This document shows positions 42,811-55,720 of a stretch of 64,000 bases of DNA, piece after piece. A program made the translations under genes and the position numbers. Origin of the DNA: the human T2T-CHM13v2.0 reference genome, Homo sapiens. Within the stretch, counting starts at the first letter, position 1. Each line of letters starts with the position of its first letter. The stretch lies in assembly GCF_009914755.1 (NCBI RefSeq), contig NC_060947.1, one strand, 5' to 3'. The notes under the pieces are model-generated. The model was given only the letters and a program-made list of their open reading frames with translations. It was not told the DNA's origin and ran no database searches.

Positions 42811-44744
42811 TTCCTCTCTATATTAAATAAAAACCAGGATAGTGAGAGAGTACAGAGTTGATCACAGCCATTTCAGTTCTACAGAAGAGTCTGATACATT
42901 CTTAGTTTGAGGTTGTGTTTTGTATATCTGGGGTTATTACATGAGTGATGCAGTTCTCTATTATTTGCTGAAAATCTGCAGTGACATGGTCACTCCTAAT
43001 CCTCAAATTAACTAATTCTATGTTGTATCAAACTTTAGGAATTTCCAAATTTGTTGGCTTCTAGAGGTACATTGTATTAAGGCCAAGTTTTACTTTACTG
43101 TTTCACCTAGAAATCTTATTAATAATATAACATTTTCTAATAGAATAATTTGAGAAATTTAATTAAATATTAAGTAAATAATAATGATGATGACTTGTGT
43201 ATACTGAAAAATTCTTGATCATGGAATTTCAATGACTGAATTTTGGAAAACACTGCTCTAGTGTGTGAAAAAAATGTATTCTAAATTTTTAAAGCATATG
43301 TGGACAAATTTTCACTACCTAAAACTATTACACAACTAGAAGAAATACTGACAATTCAAAGTAGTCTGGTGCATTTACGTATGTTTGCTTGATACAACGT
43401 TTTCTCTTCTCTCTCTTTCAGTTGTGATGATTGTGGTTATTGCTCTATTTCTTCTGGTCTTCTTTGGCAATTGCTATTCATTCTGGTAAGAGAATCACTA
43501 AAGATTTCTTCCTCTTTGCTGATCATGATTCACAGGACCTTTCACTTTTTCTCCCCAGCATATGGAATGGATTCTACATGCAACCATATAAAACTAATAG
43601 TGAGAATAGACGATATCAAAAATAAAATAAAATAAACCCAAATTACTGATTATTATATGTTTAGGTATGAATGTGCATATATGTAAATCACATTGCCATT
43701 GAAATGGGAGAAAAAAAGAATATTAAAATGAATTATTAGCAATGTCCCCTGGTTAAGATGGCTATCATTATGAAAGTATAAAACAAGATAATTAGTTGGA
43801 CTCGTGGCCACACACACTTACAACTTGGTGAGAACTTTGATAATTATTTCCTGGATTTACCTGGGCATGAAAATTACATTTACATTTACAGTATATTCAA
43901 TTCCATGGTCATTTTTTTTAGTGAAAATTACTGAGTTTAAAACCTATAAATTTAAACGTAAACTTAAGCATTAAAAGAGATAGTGGTTTTGTTCACGATG
44001 ACAGCCATCATAATAATACTGTCAGACTACAAAGATAATATCTTCTTTTTCATTTATACTCTGCCTGCTTTATTCCACCTTTCTGGTACCTAATTATTCT
44101 TGGTATCGCATATGATACAAAGCATCTCTGAAAATTCCTTTAAAGATACAAATGTAAATGGTTGAATTCTACGAATTATTGTTCATGGAGCTATGCATTT
44201 CTATTCTGAAGGATTCCTCTAATAATTTGGTAGAGACTAAAAAACCAGGAAGACTATAATCTAGTATGAGCTGACACGAGTTAGAAGTGTAGCACAGGAA
44301 AAATTATTTGCAAATAGAAGTAAATTTAATTACTCGCTGTGTGACCTTGGGCAACTTTTAAACCTCTTTGGAGTATAAATAGCATTGAATATTATAACTG
44401 AAAATCACTTTGGAAATTATGCAGTAATTATTAACTTCTAAATGAGAGTTCCTGATTATAATAGTGCTGGAGGTTTCCTAAGTTTTGAAAAGGTATTTTT
44501 ATTTTCCCAAATATTTCAACAAATGGGTCTTATTTAGTGTTAATAAAATATGCAGGCCAAATTTTTTTTTAATTTGACTTTTTGCTAGAATTCCATTAAC
44601 CTGGTAGATATGTCTCAAGTTAGAAACTGAATACAAAATTTTTATCAGCAAAACATTTCAGGATAAAGGATCAATGGGGTAAAACGCAATAAAAAAATCA
44701 TTATTGGTGGTAAAATATTAAACATAAGGATTTAAATTAATCTA

Positions 44745-44965
44745 GTGGCAATATTGCACAGTGGTTCAGAGTCAAGGTTTTCTAGTTAGATTGCCCTGAG
44801 TTTAGATCCTGGCTGTCCTTGAGTAAGCCACTAAACTCCTGTAAGCCCCAGTGTTGTTAAAATAGCACTATTAATACGTACTAGGGATTAATTAAAACAA
44901 TATATACATATAAAGGATGTTTTATGAAATATAAAACACTACATAAATGTAATCAGGATTATTGT
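44745..44965 (+). mobile_element. MIR SINE
   Basis: agtggttcagag..ctgagtttagatcctggct..ccttgagtaagccactaaac. Confidence 0.6.
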
Positions 44966-45503
44966 TGTTCTCTTTCATAAGCCTTCTCCATAACTCTGAA
45001 TCTTCTGTATACATACAACACCAGAACTTTTTTTATTTGCCTTCATCTTGTATGACAAGGGACTTTATCCTTTGATATTGCTGGAAGTTGTAATCCTTCT
45101 AAAACTGGCAGTTTAGAAGGAAATCTACCTACAGTAGGTTTGTTCTTTTACATGTTTTATTTTATTGCTTGAACACTGTCATTTTTATTTAATTTGTATT
45201 TGAAACTAGCTAATAGAATTCGGCTGTATTTTACAAGTAATTTTCCCCGAGGTTCTTTAATCTCTTTTATAGAATTTGCTAGTTTCTTTGTAAAAATGGC
45301 TCTTTCATTCAGGAGCTTTGATTGAAAACAATCTTTACAGAAGCCCATTAGAATTTAGTGGTATAAAGGATTAGGTCCCTTTTATAGGCCTGAAGTGGCT
45401 GTAAGAATTGTTTGTATCTATTTCAACTGTGGCTTGCCCACACTATCTGAAGAGGATTTTGCAATTTGGTTTGGTTGATCAAAAATTCCTTGGTGTTCTA
45501 ATT

Positions 45504-45548
45504 GTTAATTGTCAAAGTTCACAGTCAGTGCTGATAAGGATGTAAACA
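45504..45548. promoter_or_regulatory. Candidate endodermal enhancer motif cluster (HNF1-like, HNF4, GATA, FOX)
   Basis: GTTAAT 45504-45509, CAAAGTTCA 45513-45521, TGATAAG 45532-45538 and TGTAAACA 45541-45548 in non-repeat DNA; motif match only. Confidence 0.4.
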
Positions 45549-45759
45549 TGACTAGGCTTTCATAGCTCTGCCACTTCATGGGAAGGGAATTTTATCATTA
45601 CTAGTAGACAAACAAAGGCTGAATCTGAGAGCAAGTAGGACAGAATGGGCAAGGGTGTTAGGGGAGTAATGATGGAAGCCTAACCTCCCAACCCCATAGT
45701 TTCACAGACGTGATTTGTCATAGACAGGGGAGATTTGAAAACATGTGCATTTGTGCTTA

Positions 45760-45925
45760 TTAAAATGAACAAAAAATATTGGAAATATATTTACCAAAAT
45801 GTTAACAGGGGTTATGTCTGCATAATGAGGTTTGGATAATTTTTGTTTTGTTCTTATTGTTTTCCTGAATATTTTATACATTCTATGTAAAGCATGAATT
45901 ATTTTTAGAATAGGATACAAATAAA
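45760..45925 (+). mobile_element. L1ME 3' end
   Basis: tggaaatatatttaccaaaatgttaacaggggttat..aagcatgaattatttt. Confidence 0.6.
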
Positions 45926-46295
45926 TAATACCAAATTTTAAATGGAAAATGATATATAAGACTAGCTTTTCTGCCCATTTTTGTAGGCCTCAGAATGAGG
46001 AGGCTTACTCTCAATTGTAGGTTATATAGGAACTTTAGATGACATCTTTGCAGTTGATATTTTCTTCCTGAATTAAATAATGATATAGACTTCCTGCCTT
46101 TTACTATCACCATAATTCAAAAGGAATTTAAATGTGCAGTGAAAATTGTTTGATTGTATAATGATCTGCTTGGCAGCCTATTCACACAGCCCCGTAACCT
46201 TCCTAGCTAGAGCCACATAACTATCAACGGGGACCCAGGGTAAAGTTCTACCTCTAGTGGGTAGTGGGGTGGGGATTCTCAGATGCCCTAGGTAA

Positions 46296-46744
46296 TGTGA
46301 AAGAAAAATAAATCTTGGGGCCCCAAAATCACTAAGTTAAAGGAAAAATGCAAGCTGGGAATGGCTTAGGGCAAACCTGCCTCCCATTCTATTCAAAGTC
46401 ATTCTTCTGCTCACTGAGATAAATGCATATCTCATTGCCTCCTTTGGAAAGGCTAATCAGAAACTCAAAAGAATGCAACCATTTGTCTCTCATCTACCTG
46501 TGACCTGGGAGGCCCCTCTTTGCTTCAAGTTGTCCTGAGTTCCAGAGGGAACCAATGTACATCTTACTTATATTGATAGATGTCTCATGTCTCCCTAAAA
46601 TGTATAAAATCAAGCTGTGCCCGACCACCTTGGGCTCATGTCATCAGGACCTCCTGAGGCTGTGTTATGGGTGTGCGTCCCAAACTTTGGTAAAATAAAC
46701 TTCCTAAATTGACTGAGACTTGTCTCAAGTATTTGGGGCTCACA
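46296..46744 (+). mobile_element. MER4A1-like (ERV1) solo LTR
   Basis: tgtgaaagaaaaataaatcttggggccccaaaatcactaag...ggctcaca; TG/CA ends, 4-bp TSD gtaa, tataaaa and aataaa present. Confidence 0.92.
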
Positions 46745-46814
46745 GTAAATAGCTCACTGTCTCATCAAGTCTGACACTGCAAGTACTGCTTCTATCTTGA
46801 TGGGATGCTGTATG

Positions 46815-47050
46815 TAGTAGAGCTTTGAAAGCAGAAAAGCCTAGTTTCATAAATCTAGCCTCCCTGTTTTCTTAGCTGTTTGAACTTGAGTAAACCACTT
46901 TAAATTTCTAGACTGCAGTATTTTCCCCTGAAAAATAAAGATAGTAGTGACAGTTATCTTACTGGATTTCAAGCATTTAATGGAACAACATTGACATTGT
47001 GTTTTGCCTGGTCCTTCGTACATAGTAGGTGCTTAGTAAATGGTAGCTTT
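46815..47050 (+). mobile_element. MIR SINE
   Basis: gagctttgaaagcaga..ttagctgtttgaacttgagtaaacc..catagtaggtgcttagtaaatggtagct. Confidence 0.7.
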
Positions 47051-47174
47051 TAATGTAAAATATTTAAACTGATTGATAATAGTGGTAGTTATGATTAACA
47101 TAATTAGTATTATCCTCATACTGTAAGGATACATACATACCGTTAATATTTAGAGGCTTCATTTTCTCTGTTGA

Positions 47175-47735
47175 AACTGTTGAAAGGTATATTCTTTTTC
47201 TCCCTTTTCTCTGAGCATTTACCTTAGAAAACTTGTAAATATTGTCTGATCTCCTTCAAATGCAAACACCTCGAGAGCCATGTTCTTGAAGTGTAAACAA
47301 GAGAGATAGCTCTCTATCTCCCAATTTCTGTGGGAAGGTTAAATCCTAACTTTGGTGAATGTCTTGCTATAACTTGCAAGCTACCTTATGTCATAAAGAC
47401 ACATGAAATTTGTTTGTTCTTTGGATAAAGCCAGAAAGCTAATGTAGATGATTACTCCAATTACCATGTAAAGTTAAGACGAACTATGTATGACAGAAGG
47501 TGCTGTTAAGTCTTCTTGCTTGAAGAGTATTGTTTGTTTCAAAAACATATACATAGTACATATCTGCTTGGAAATATAAGAGAGTTTCTTTTCTGTCTTT
47601 GCAATCTCTTAACAAAATGCCTGTAATGTGCATCACAGTCTGGATTAATGCATATTCAATAACAAAAGTGTTTCTGTTCTCTACCACTTTTGTGAAGAGG
47701 ATTTCTGGATTGAGAGAATGTTTTTTCTTTCCCTG
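47175..47735 (+). mobile_element. MER34-like (ERV1) solo LTR
   Basis: gagcatttaccttagaaaacttg..ctgtctttgcaatctctta..tgtgcatcacagtctggattaatgcatattcaataa. Confidence 0.75.
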
Positions 47736-47780
47736 AGGCTAAAGGAATTCCTGTCTGACTTGTTCTGCTACTGCCTGAAC

Positions 47781-47996
47781 CAAGCTTGTCCAACCAGTAG
47801 CAAATGGGCTGCATGTGACCCAAGACAGCTTTGAATTTGGCCCAACACAAATTTGTGAACTTTCTTAAAATATTATGAGGGTTTTTTTTGCGACTTTTTA
47901 GCTCATCAGCTATTGTTAGTGTTAGTGTATTTTATTTGTGGCCCAAGACAATTCTTCCATTTTGGCCCAAGGAAGCCAAAATATTGGACACCCCTG
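47781..47996 (-). mobile_element. MER30 hAT-Charlie MITE
   Basis: caagcttgtccaac...ggcccaacacaaatt..tcagctattgttagtgttagtgt...ttggacacccctg with TIRs. Confidence 0.88.
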
Positions 47997-48131
47997 GAAC
48001 CAGTGCTTCCTAGAATACTTTTTTCTTGAGCTTTTACTTCAACTTTTGAATATCTTTTGTCTTTTTAATATATTTCAATAAATTGACCCATGCAGCTGTC
48101 TCTCAGTCACTTATTATTTTTTATAACCCAC

Positions 48132-48825
48132 TGATAGTGTCAGGAGGTGACAAATCCTAGGTGGACACGGGTGGGTCCCTAGTGAAACTCATCTTCAAGC
48201 TAAAAACACTTTAAAGCCTGAAAGCCGAGCTACAAGTCAAATCCATGGACTGGAGTGAGAACATCTCTTTCCATCTGCTGTGCTTTCCTCTGATTGATCC
48301 CAACCCTTTACCTATTTTATATAGACCTACTCTTCCCTAAATGATTTTTTACACTGTCGTGCCCATCTCTAAATGGTGCCTTAGTTTTAACGTTTTTTTG
48401 CATACTTACAAACCAATCAGCATGCCCTCTCCCATTCTGAGCCCATAAAGCCCAGATCCAGCCACAATGAGGGAGAGACCACCCAACTTTGGGTGGGGTA
48501 CAACCCTCGCTTTCCTTCTCTGCTGAGAGTCGTTCTGTTGCTCAATACAATTATTCTTCACCCTCTTCACCCTGAGATTATCAGTGTAACTTCGTTCTTC
48601 CTAGGTGCAGGACAAGAACTCGGAAACCGCTGAACAGGAGTACAAGCTATAACACAGGTGGGCTGGGGCATGCCCAGCCCAGGAGCAGACTGAGCCAGTA
48701 CAGAAGGTGGACCTAGTGGGCGAGGTGCCTCCTGCAGCAGGCTCACGTCGAGCAAGGCCCACATGGGGGTGTTGCCAGCTGGAGGTGTCCAGCTGGCAAA
48801 AGTGGCCAAGAAAAATTCTGCATGA
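48132..48825 (+). mobile_element. MER50-like (ERV1) solo LTR
   Basis: tgatagtgtcaggagg..tttaaagcctgaaagccgagctacaagtcaaatcc..; CCAAT box at ~48414; 4-bp TSD ccac. Confidence 0.88.
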
Positions 48826-49059
48826 CCACAAACAACAATTCAACCACTCTACCACCCATTTTCACCCTTTTGGTGCCCACTTTCATTCCTATGTTTTAGT
48901 TCTTTCATCATTCTCATTTTCACCCTCCAAGAGATATATTATTTTCTTTAGACAAATATGAATATCTGTGGATATATGTAAGTTCTAAGACATATGTTCT
49001 AGATATTAGGTATGTAATGAGTGATGGTATACCTCAGAGACGGAAGAAAGCTTCAACCA

Positions 49060-49512
49060 GTCAGTGCATCAGATTCACATGGTAAGTTTCCCTTTACTCA
49101 ACTTTTTATTTTGAATAAAAAGTCTATAGGAAAACAGAAATAAATAATGGCACAATGAACATTATATACCCATCAACGAGATTAATCAATTTTTAACATT
49201 TTGATTCATTTGTCTTCTCTCTCTCCCTGCTTTCTACTTCCTTCCCTCCCTCCATCTTTCTTTTGCTGTGTCCATATATACATGCAAACACATACACATT
49301 TTCTTGTTTATTTATTTTAAATGAAGTACTTCAGATTTTTGACATTTTACCCTAGACACTTCATAGGATAATTATCGCACCTAAAATATTAACATTTATT
49401 TCCCCACATATTTCTAAAACATATTTTATAGTGTATGTGTGTGTGTGTATGCATTTTAAATTGAGGTTCTAATCAGATTTCTTTCAATGAATTTGGTTGT
49501 ATTTTTTTAGTG

Positions 49513-49547
<35 letters not shown>

Positions 49548-50290
49548 TGAGACAGAGTCTCATTCTGTCACCCAGGCTGGAGTGCAGTGGCATGATCTCA
49601 GCTCACTGCAACCTCTGCCTCCTGGGTTCAAGTGATTCTTCTGCCTCAGCCTCCTGAGTAGCTGGGGTTAAAGGTGCACACCACCACACCTGGTTAATTT
49701 TTGCATGTTTAGTAGAGATGGGGTTTCACCATGTTGGTCAGGCTGGTCTCAAACTCCTGACCTCATGATCTGCCTGCCTCAGCCTCCCAAAATGCTGGGA
49801 TTACAGGCGTGAGCCACCACACCTGACCAATCTAAGCAAATACTTCTTTTAAAATTTTCTAGTTTTTTAATTTATCTTCTATGGTATTTATGTTTAAGAG
49901 ACCAGAATAGTTGGGCAGAAATGTCCAACATTTTGATCTTGATAATTTATTTGAGATTGGATTCAGGCTAAACATTTTTGTGAAATACATAAGAGATTTA
50001 TCATATCAGAAAACATATTATATCACATTATACCAGCTTTTCCCAGTTTTGGTTCTGCTGAGTTTGATCATTTGATTAAATTGATCTCTACCATATCTGT
50101 CCATTTCATAGGTACATTTTTTCTTTTGTATCTAGTAGGCAATCTTTGAGGATGGAAAGCTTTTATAAATACAGATTCCCATGTATCACACTTGGAAATG
50201 ATTCTGCAATTGTGAGGTAGTCTTGGGAATCTGTAATTTTATAAAGCTATCCAAGATTTTTGATGGTCATCCAATTTGGGGAATTCCTAA
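49060..50290. mobile_element. MER5-like MITE split by an old L1M fragment (~49085-50150, antisense)
   Basis: gtgcatcagattcacatgg at left continues as aaagcttttataaatacagattcc..gggaatctgtaatttt at right; L1M 3'-type sequence lies between. Confidence 0.5.
49515..49828 (-). mobile_element. AluS (Sg-like) with long pure T tail
   Basis: Dimeric antisense Alu; ctcctgacctcatgatc lacks the 2-nt Sx segment. Confidence 0.95.
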
Positions 50291-51659
50291 TGCTGTAATT
50301 GTGACATAATACCAGATGAAACGGGGATTAATTACCACCTCAGCCTTTCATTTGCTTTGGGAAATTTTACAAGTTATTTAGATTTGTTGAGCATTAGTTT
50401 TCTTGTAAAATTGTGGTGACAGTATTGCCTATTACTTATAATTATTGTAAAAATAAATTAAGTTAGACAATACATCAAGACTGTTTTTTCTATTACTTGA
50501 AATATAAAAAATATTTAAATGCCAACTGTCATTAATTGTATGATTGTGGTTGGCTCTGCATGAATGATAGCCATCATGATTTATTAGAATCTTCATTGAT
50601 TAATCAGAGAAAATACATTTATCTGTATTTCTCAGGATTTCTGATCTCTTCTCCCTTTCTCCATCTATTTCCACAAAATAACAGGAATAATGAGATCTTG
50701 CATAGCATAATAAATTATTATTTTGTTCAATGTAATTATATACAGAATTTTTACCAAGCAATTTATTAGTAGCCATTCTTGATTTTTAAAGAAATTTCCA
50801 AAGTTGGACCATCACTTGAAAAGTCCAGTGTACATTTCTATTCAACATAGTCATTTGGTTTAGAAATAAAAACTAGCTTCTTACAGGCTAATGTTATAAA
50901 TTATTTTCACATTTAAAATATACCACAAATATCAATATATGTATTAATTATTGAATATAAAATTAGAGTTGATTCAATGCTTACTTGAATTTAAAGTCCA
51001 GTGAATAAATGGATGTAATAATTTGTAAACTAGTCACCTGGAATTAATGAAGCTGCTATTATTTTTACTTTCAAGTGTAGAATTTTTAGATTTAAAAACA
51101 TGCTAGCAAGTACATTATAAGTGACAAGTTTTTACTAAGTACATTTTCAACCTCAGAATATTTCACACACAAGATTCTAGTGCATAAAATAAAATCCCAA
51201 ATCTTTACTGGAACACGATGAGCTAATGTGCTAATTTTTATCAGGCTGTGCACATTTAGTGTATTTGCTATGGGTTACAGAGTTTGCAAAAATATTGTTG
51301 GAATAGTATCTTTCCAATAATCTTCACACTGATAAGCCAGTACATGATAAAGTCATGCCATTTTGACGCTTTTTTCCTCCAAATGTGATATTAGGTCAGC
51401 AATTTTGAAGCAATTCTATAGATAATTTTCAAATTTGGCTAGTTCTTCAAATGTAAAAATATATTTAGATTTAATGTTCACCTTTGTATTAATGGAAACA
51501 CCTTAAATTTTAAATATTGCTATTTAGTTCTCAGCTTTATGTCAACCACTCAGATACATTTATCCAACTATTTCATTCAAGGAAGATTATTCTTCCTATT
51601 ATGCTTAACTCTGTTCTGTTTGTTTGTTTTATTCACTATCTTTATTTCAAATTAACAGG

Positions 51660-51830
51660 TTTTTTTTTTGTTTTTTCTTGCACATTTTTGGGGTTTCTTT
51701 CCACACTAGAATTTAAGTTCCCTGAGAAAAATCACCATATTTCTCTTTTTCAGCACTGTGTCTCCTGTGCTTAAAACAGAGCTTGGCACAAGGGCTCAAA
51801 AATAATTTTATGAAATGAAGGAATGAATAG
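51660..51830 (+). mobile_element. L2 3' end
   Basis: cactagaatttaagttccctgag..aacagagcttggcaca..gaaatgaaggaatgaat. Confidence 0.65.
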
Positions 51831-52609
51831 ACTGAAATTATATAAATTTACATTATATAGAAAATTTTTATTTACTTAATATGATTTATTTACTCTGTTT
51901 TACTTAATTTCAAGTCTATTTCATCATATGTGGAAATAGTTATATTTATCTTTTAAAGTTAATAATTGACTTTGCATTGATATTGTTACTACAAGGGTAC
52001 TTAGTTTAAGGATTAGTTCTCCTGTCAACCTGTGGCTTTGGGCTCATTGAAGAATTGTGGGAAACTGAAGTTCAAAAAAGGAGTGTGCTACACAAAGTCA
52101 TAAAACAAATTTCTGAAAGAATGAAGACTAGAACTCAGCTATCTTAATGTATGACGTATGTTAATTGCAAACCTATTCTTCCTTTAGCCTTTTATGATTT
52201 AGAGGTCGTTGAATCTATTACTATTTGTGTATTGTTGAAAAACTCAATGTATTCATGCTGACATTTTAGTATGGAGAGATAGATTAGCTTTTTACAACTC
52301 CCGAAAAACATTTAATATTTAAGACATACATCTATGTCTGCATTAATCAAGCCACATCTTAAAACACAGGCAACTCTTTTTTTTGATGAAATAAAATTCT
52401 AGAAGTGAATGAGATGAATTCACTGTATATATCTCATACAGTGTCCTCTCATAGGAAGAGGACAGATGTATAAATTGGACATAGAATAGGAACAGGACAT
52501 AGGATAGGAATAGGACAGATATAGAAATTGCTGAATGGTAGCCTCATTTCAATGAGGCTAATATAAATGAAATAAAAACATTAAAACATGGTTTAAAACA
52601 TTACTCTTT

Positions 52610-52860
52610 GACTTCTGCTTCAGACAAGATGGAGTAGACATACTTTTCCTTACACCTTCTAATAAGTACAGATAAAAACCATAAACACTATATTCAAAAC
52701 AAAATGACAACAATCTGAAAGTAGGAGAGAAGAAGGCAGATGTACTTAGAGACCTTGGAACCAGAGGAATGGCATAGTGATGCATTCCCTGGTATTCTCT
52801 TTGCCCCATATATCCATGGTAGTATTGGAGAAATTGGAAACCTGGAAACACAGGAAGGGT
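52610..52860 (+). mobile_element. Old L1M 5'-end fragment
   Basis: gacttctgcttcagacaagatggagtagac..ctgaaagtaggagagaagaaggcaga. Confidence 0.5.
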
Positions 52861-52869
52861 GATAGCTCT

Positions 52870-53490
52870 TTTCTTTAAAAAAATATTTTGCTCCTTCTCT
52901 CTGGCTTCCATAGTTTCTGAGGAGACATTTGTGGTCATCAAATTGTCTTTTCCCTGTAAGTAAGATGTCATTTATCTTTTGCTGCTTTCAGCAATTTTTC
53001 TTTGCTTTTAGTCTTCATAAATCGAACTATGATGTGTTTGTTTGCCTTGTTTTGAATGTTTGTACCTTCCCTTTCATATTTATAAATTGAAATCCTTAAC
53101 ATGAAAGTGATGATATGAAGGGGCAAAGCCTGTAGCAGGTGATTAGGTCATGGTGGTAAAGCCCTCATTAATGGAATTTGTGCTTTTACAAAAAAAGGCC
53201 TGGGAGAGATCCCTTACCACCCCACTACATGCTTACACATAGAAAAACATGGCATCTACGTACCAGAAAGCAGATTATCATCAGACACTGGATGTGCTGG
53301 TGCCTTGATCTCAAACTTCCAAGCTTCCAAAACTGTCAGAAATAATTTTTTTCAGTTGTGATAAGCCACTCAGTGTATGGTATTCAGTTACAGCTTTCCA
53401 AATACACTGACATTTAGCATAAATGTATTTCAATTTATCATGTTTTGGAGCAAACTCAGTTTCTGGAATGTGTAGGTTTCTGTCTTGTCA
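52870..53490 (-). mobile_element. Old L1M ORF1 fragment interrupted by MLT1 LTR
   Basis: ORF 52558..52971(-) begins ..YLQGKDNLMTTNVSSETMEAR, resembling ORF1p. Confidence 0.6.
53043..53412 (+). mobile_element. MLT1A-like (ERVL-MaLR) solo LTR
   Basis: ggtgattaggtcatg..agccctcattaatgga..gctggtgccttgatctc..ataagccactcagtgtatggtat. Confidence 0.8.
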
Positions 53491-55102
53491 AATTATGTGT
53501 GCATGCATACATTCACACACACACACACACAGATGTACAGAGATTTAATATTTGTCAGTCTCTTTCACTTATTTCTGGAACACAAACTTAAAAGCAGTAT
53601 AGAAAATATAACAGAATTCTAAAAGAAATGTTCAAATTATCTGCAGCAATGTGGGGAAAAGAAGACAGAGAAATGAGAAAGAAACAAACAGAAAAAAGAA
53701 TGTCAAACTTGAAATCAAAAGCATCAATAATTACAATAAGTGTAAATTGTGTAAATCAAATCATCTTAATAAAAATCAAATGATCTCTGTCCAACCAAGG
53801 CTCAGGGTAGAATCCTTCCTATGATTAACCAAAAAGCTCCACATTCATTTTGCACTTTTATACTTTATCTCTGGACTATAATATAGATAGGTGGAAAGGC
53901 CTATGTTCACCAAAGTATGTATGAATTCCATAGAATAAGTTCAAAGCAGGTAAGAGGAGGACAGATACACATAGAACAAAAAAGTAATTGCCTACATCTG
54001 AATTTCAAACTAGGCATTTAAATGTTTACAACATGCCTAGTTTTCTGTTCTTTTTTTTATTCCCAAGCTTTAAAAAAAACATTAAGGATGAAAGCCTAAT
54101 ATAGTGAACACAAAGTAACCTTTAAGTAAAAATGGCAAGAGTGTGACAAAGGTAAATGTGTCATGAAGGAAGAAAATATTTTCCCTTGTAGGGAAGAGAC
54201 AACTAAAACATCAAAATGGAAGGACAGACTATGGTTATCCTGATGTGGAAAGAAGTAATATGATAGAAATAACTAGATAAGAGAAATATTATATCATGAG
54301 GATTCCTACTTGTTTACTCCTGCATCGTCTTCATGAACATGAATTCACATTCTATATGGCATCTGAAAAAAGAGCAGAAACAGTTGCATGTTTTTTATGG
54401 TGATGTATCTAAGATTATATGTGATTTCTCTCGATTTGTACTCTTATGTAGTAGATCAAGATAGTTTCACAATTCTCAGTGTGAGGACTGAAAGTTAGTT
54501 AAAGTACGAACAAACAAGCTTTGTTTGAAGTAAGAGATCATCATGGTGAGGGGGAGCTGTGACATATTAAAGAAAGTCAGAGGGAAAGCAGTCCAAATCA
54601 GAACAACAAAGGAATCACAGCCAGCTCAATATGTTTCAGTATAATTGCCTTTGAACACAAAGATCCAAGGCAATGACCAAGTGAACAAGAGTTTGACTAT
54701 AATGAAAAAAAAATGATTACACTCGTCACCAGTAGTGAACACTTTAGAAGCAGCTGAAGGAATTAAAAATGTTAAGTCTAAAGCATAAACAAGGTTAGGT
54801 CTATGGGAGCGAGCAGAGAAAACAGCACACACAGATAGGACCTTATTTTTCAATGTCATGAAGATATATGAATTCCTATTTTTTAACTAGTACAAACAAC
54901 CCCAAAGAAAAGGAAGTTTTAAATTGGAAGAACTGATGACACTTTCATGGCAAATCAAGTGTTCTTCAGCAGCAGTATGACTTTCTACTTGAAACAACTA
55001 AGTAATGGTTAAATAATTAGGCTCTGGAGTTAAACTACAGTATTTGAGTTTACCTCTTGGCTATGTCACTTGCAAACTAGTATTTGTTTGTTTGTTTATT
55101 TA

Positions 55103-55315
<213 letters not shown>

Positions 55316-55494
55316 CATATTTCAAAAAACGTTGCAAGGATTAAATGGGTTAAAACCAATAAAATGTTTAGACGGTGCTCTAGAACCTAAGGAACACTTA
55401 ATTAGCATTATTATCATTAGGAATAAGATTTCATAAGTCATATGTTTATATGTTTATTATTAGACATTATTAAAACAAACCTTACTAGCTCATA

Positions 55495-55720
55495 CATATG
55501 TATATCTGCTATTATATATATATTTTATATATGCTATTGTATATATTTATATGTATGCTCTTATATATGCTATTGTATATATTTATATGTATGCTCTTAT
55601 ATATGCTATTGTATATATTTATATATGCTATTATATTTATTTATATATGCTATTGTATATATTTATATGTATGCTATTGTAAATATTTATATATATGCTA
55701 TTATATATATATGTATGCTG
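55495..55720. repeat. AT-rich minisatellite (36-bp unit plus shorter subunits)
   Basis: atatgctattgtatatatttatatgtatgctcttat repeated twice perfectly, followed by shorter variants. Confidence 0.88.

Noticed and set aside
49038-49087. Perfect donor ATG|gtaagt as an exon end
   Set aside because: Falls at the junction of a MER5-like MITE and an inserted L1 fragment; upstream acceptor is poor.
54007-54043. 11-bp inverted repeat aaactaggcat/atgcctagttt
   Set aside because: Short, AT-rich and isolated; compatible with chance.
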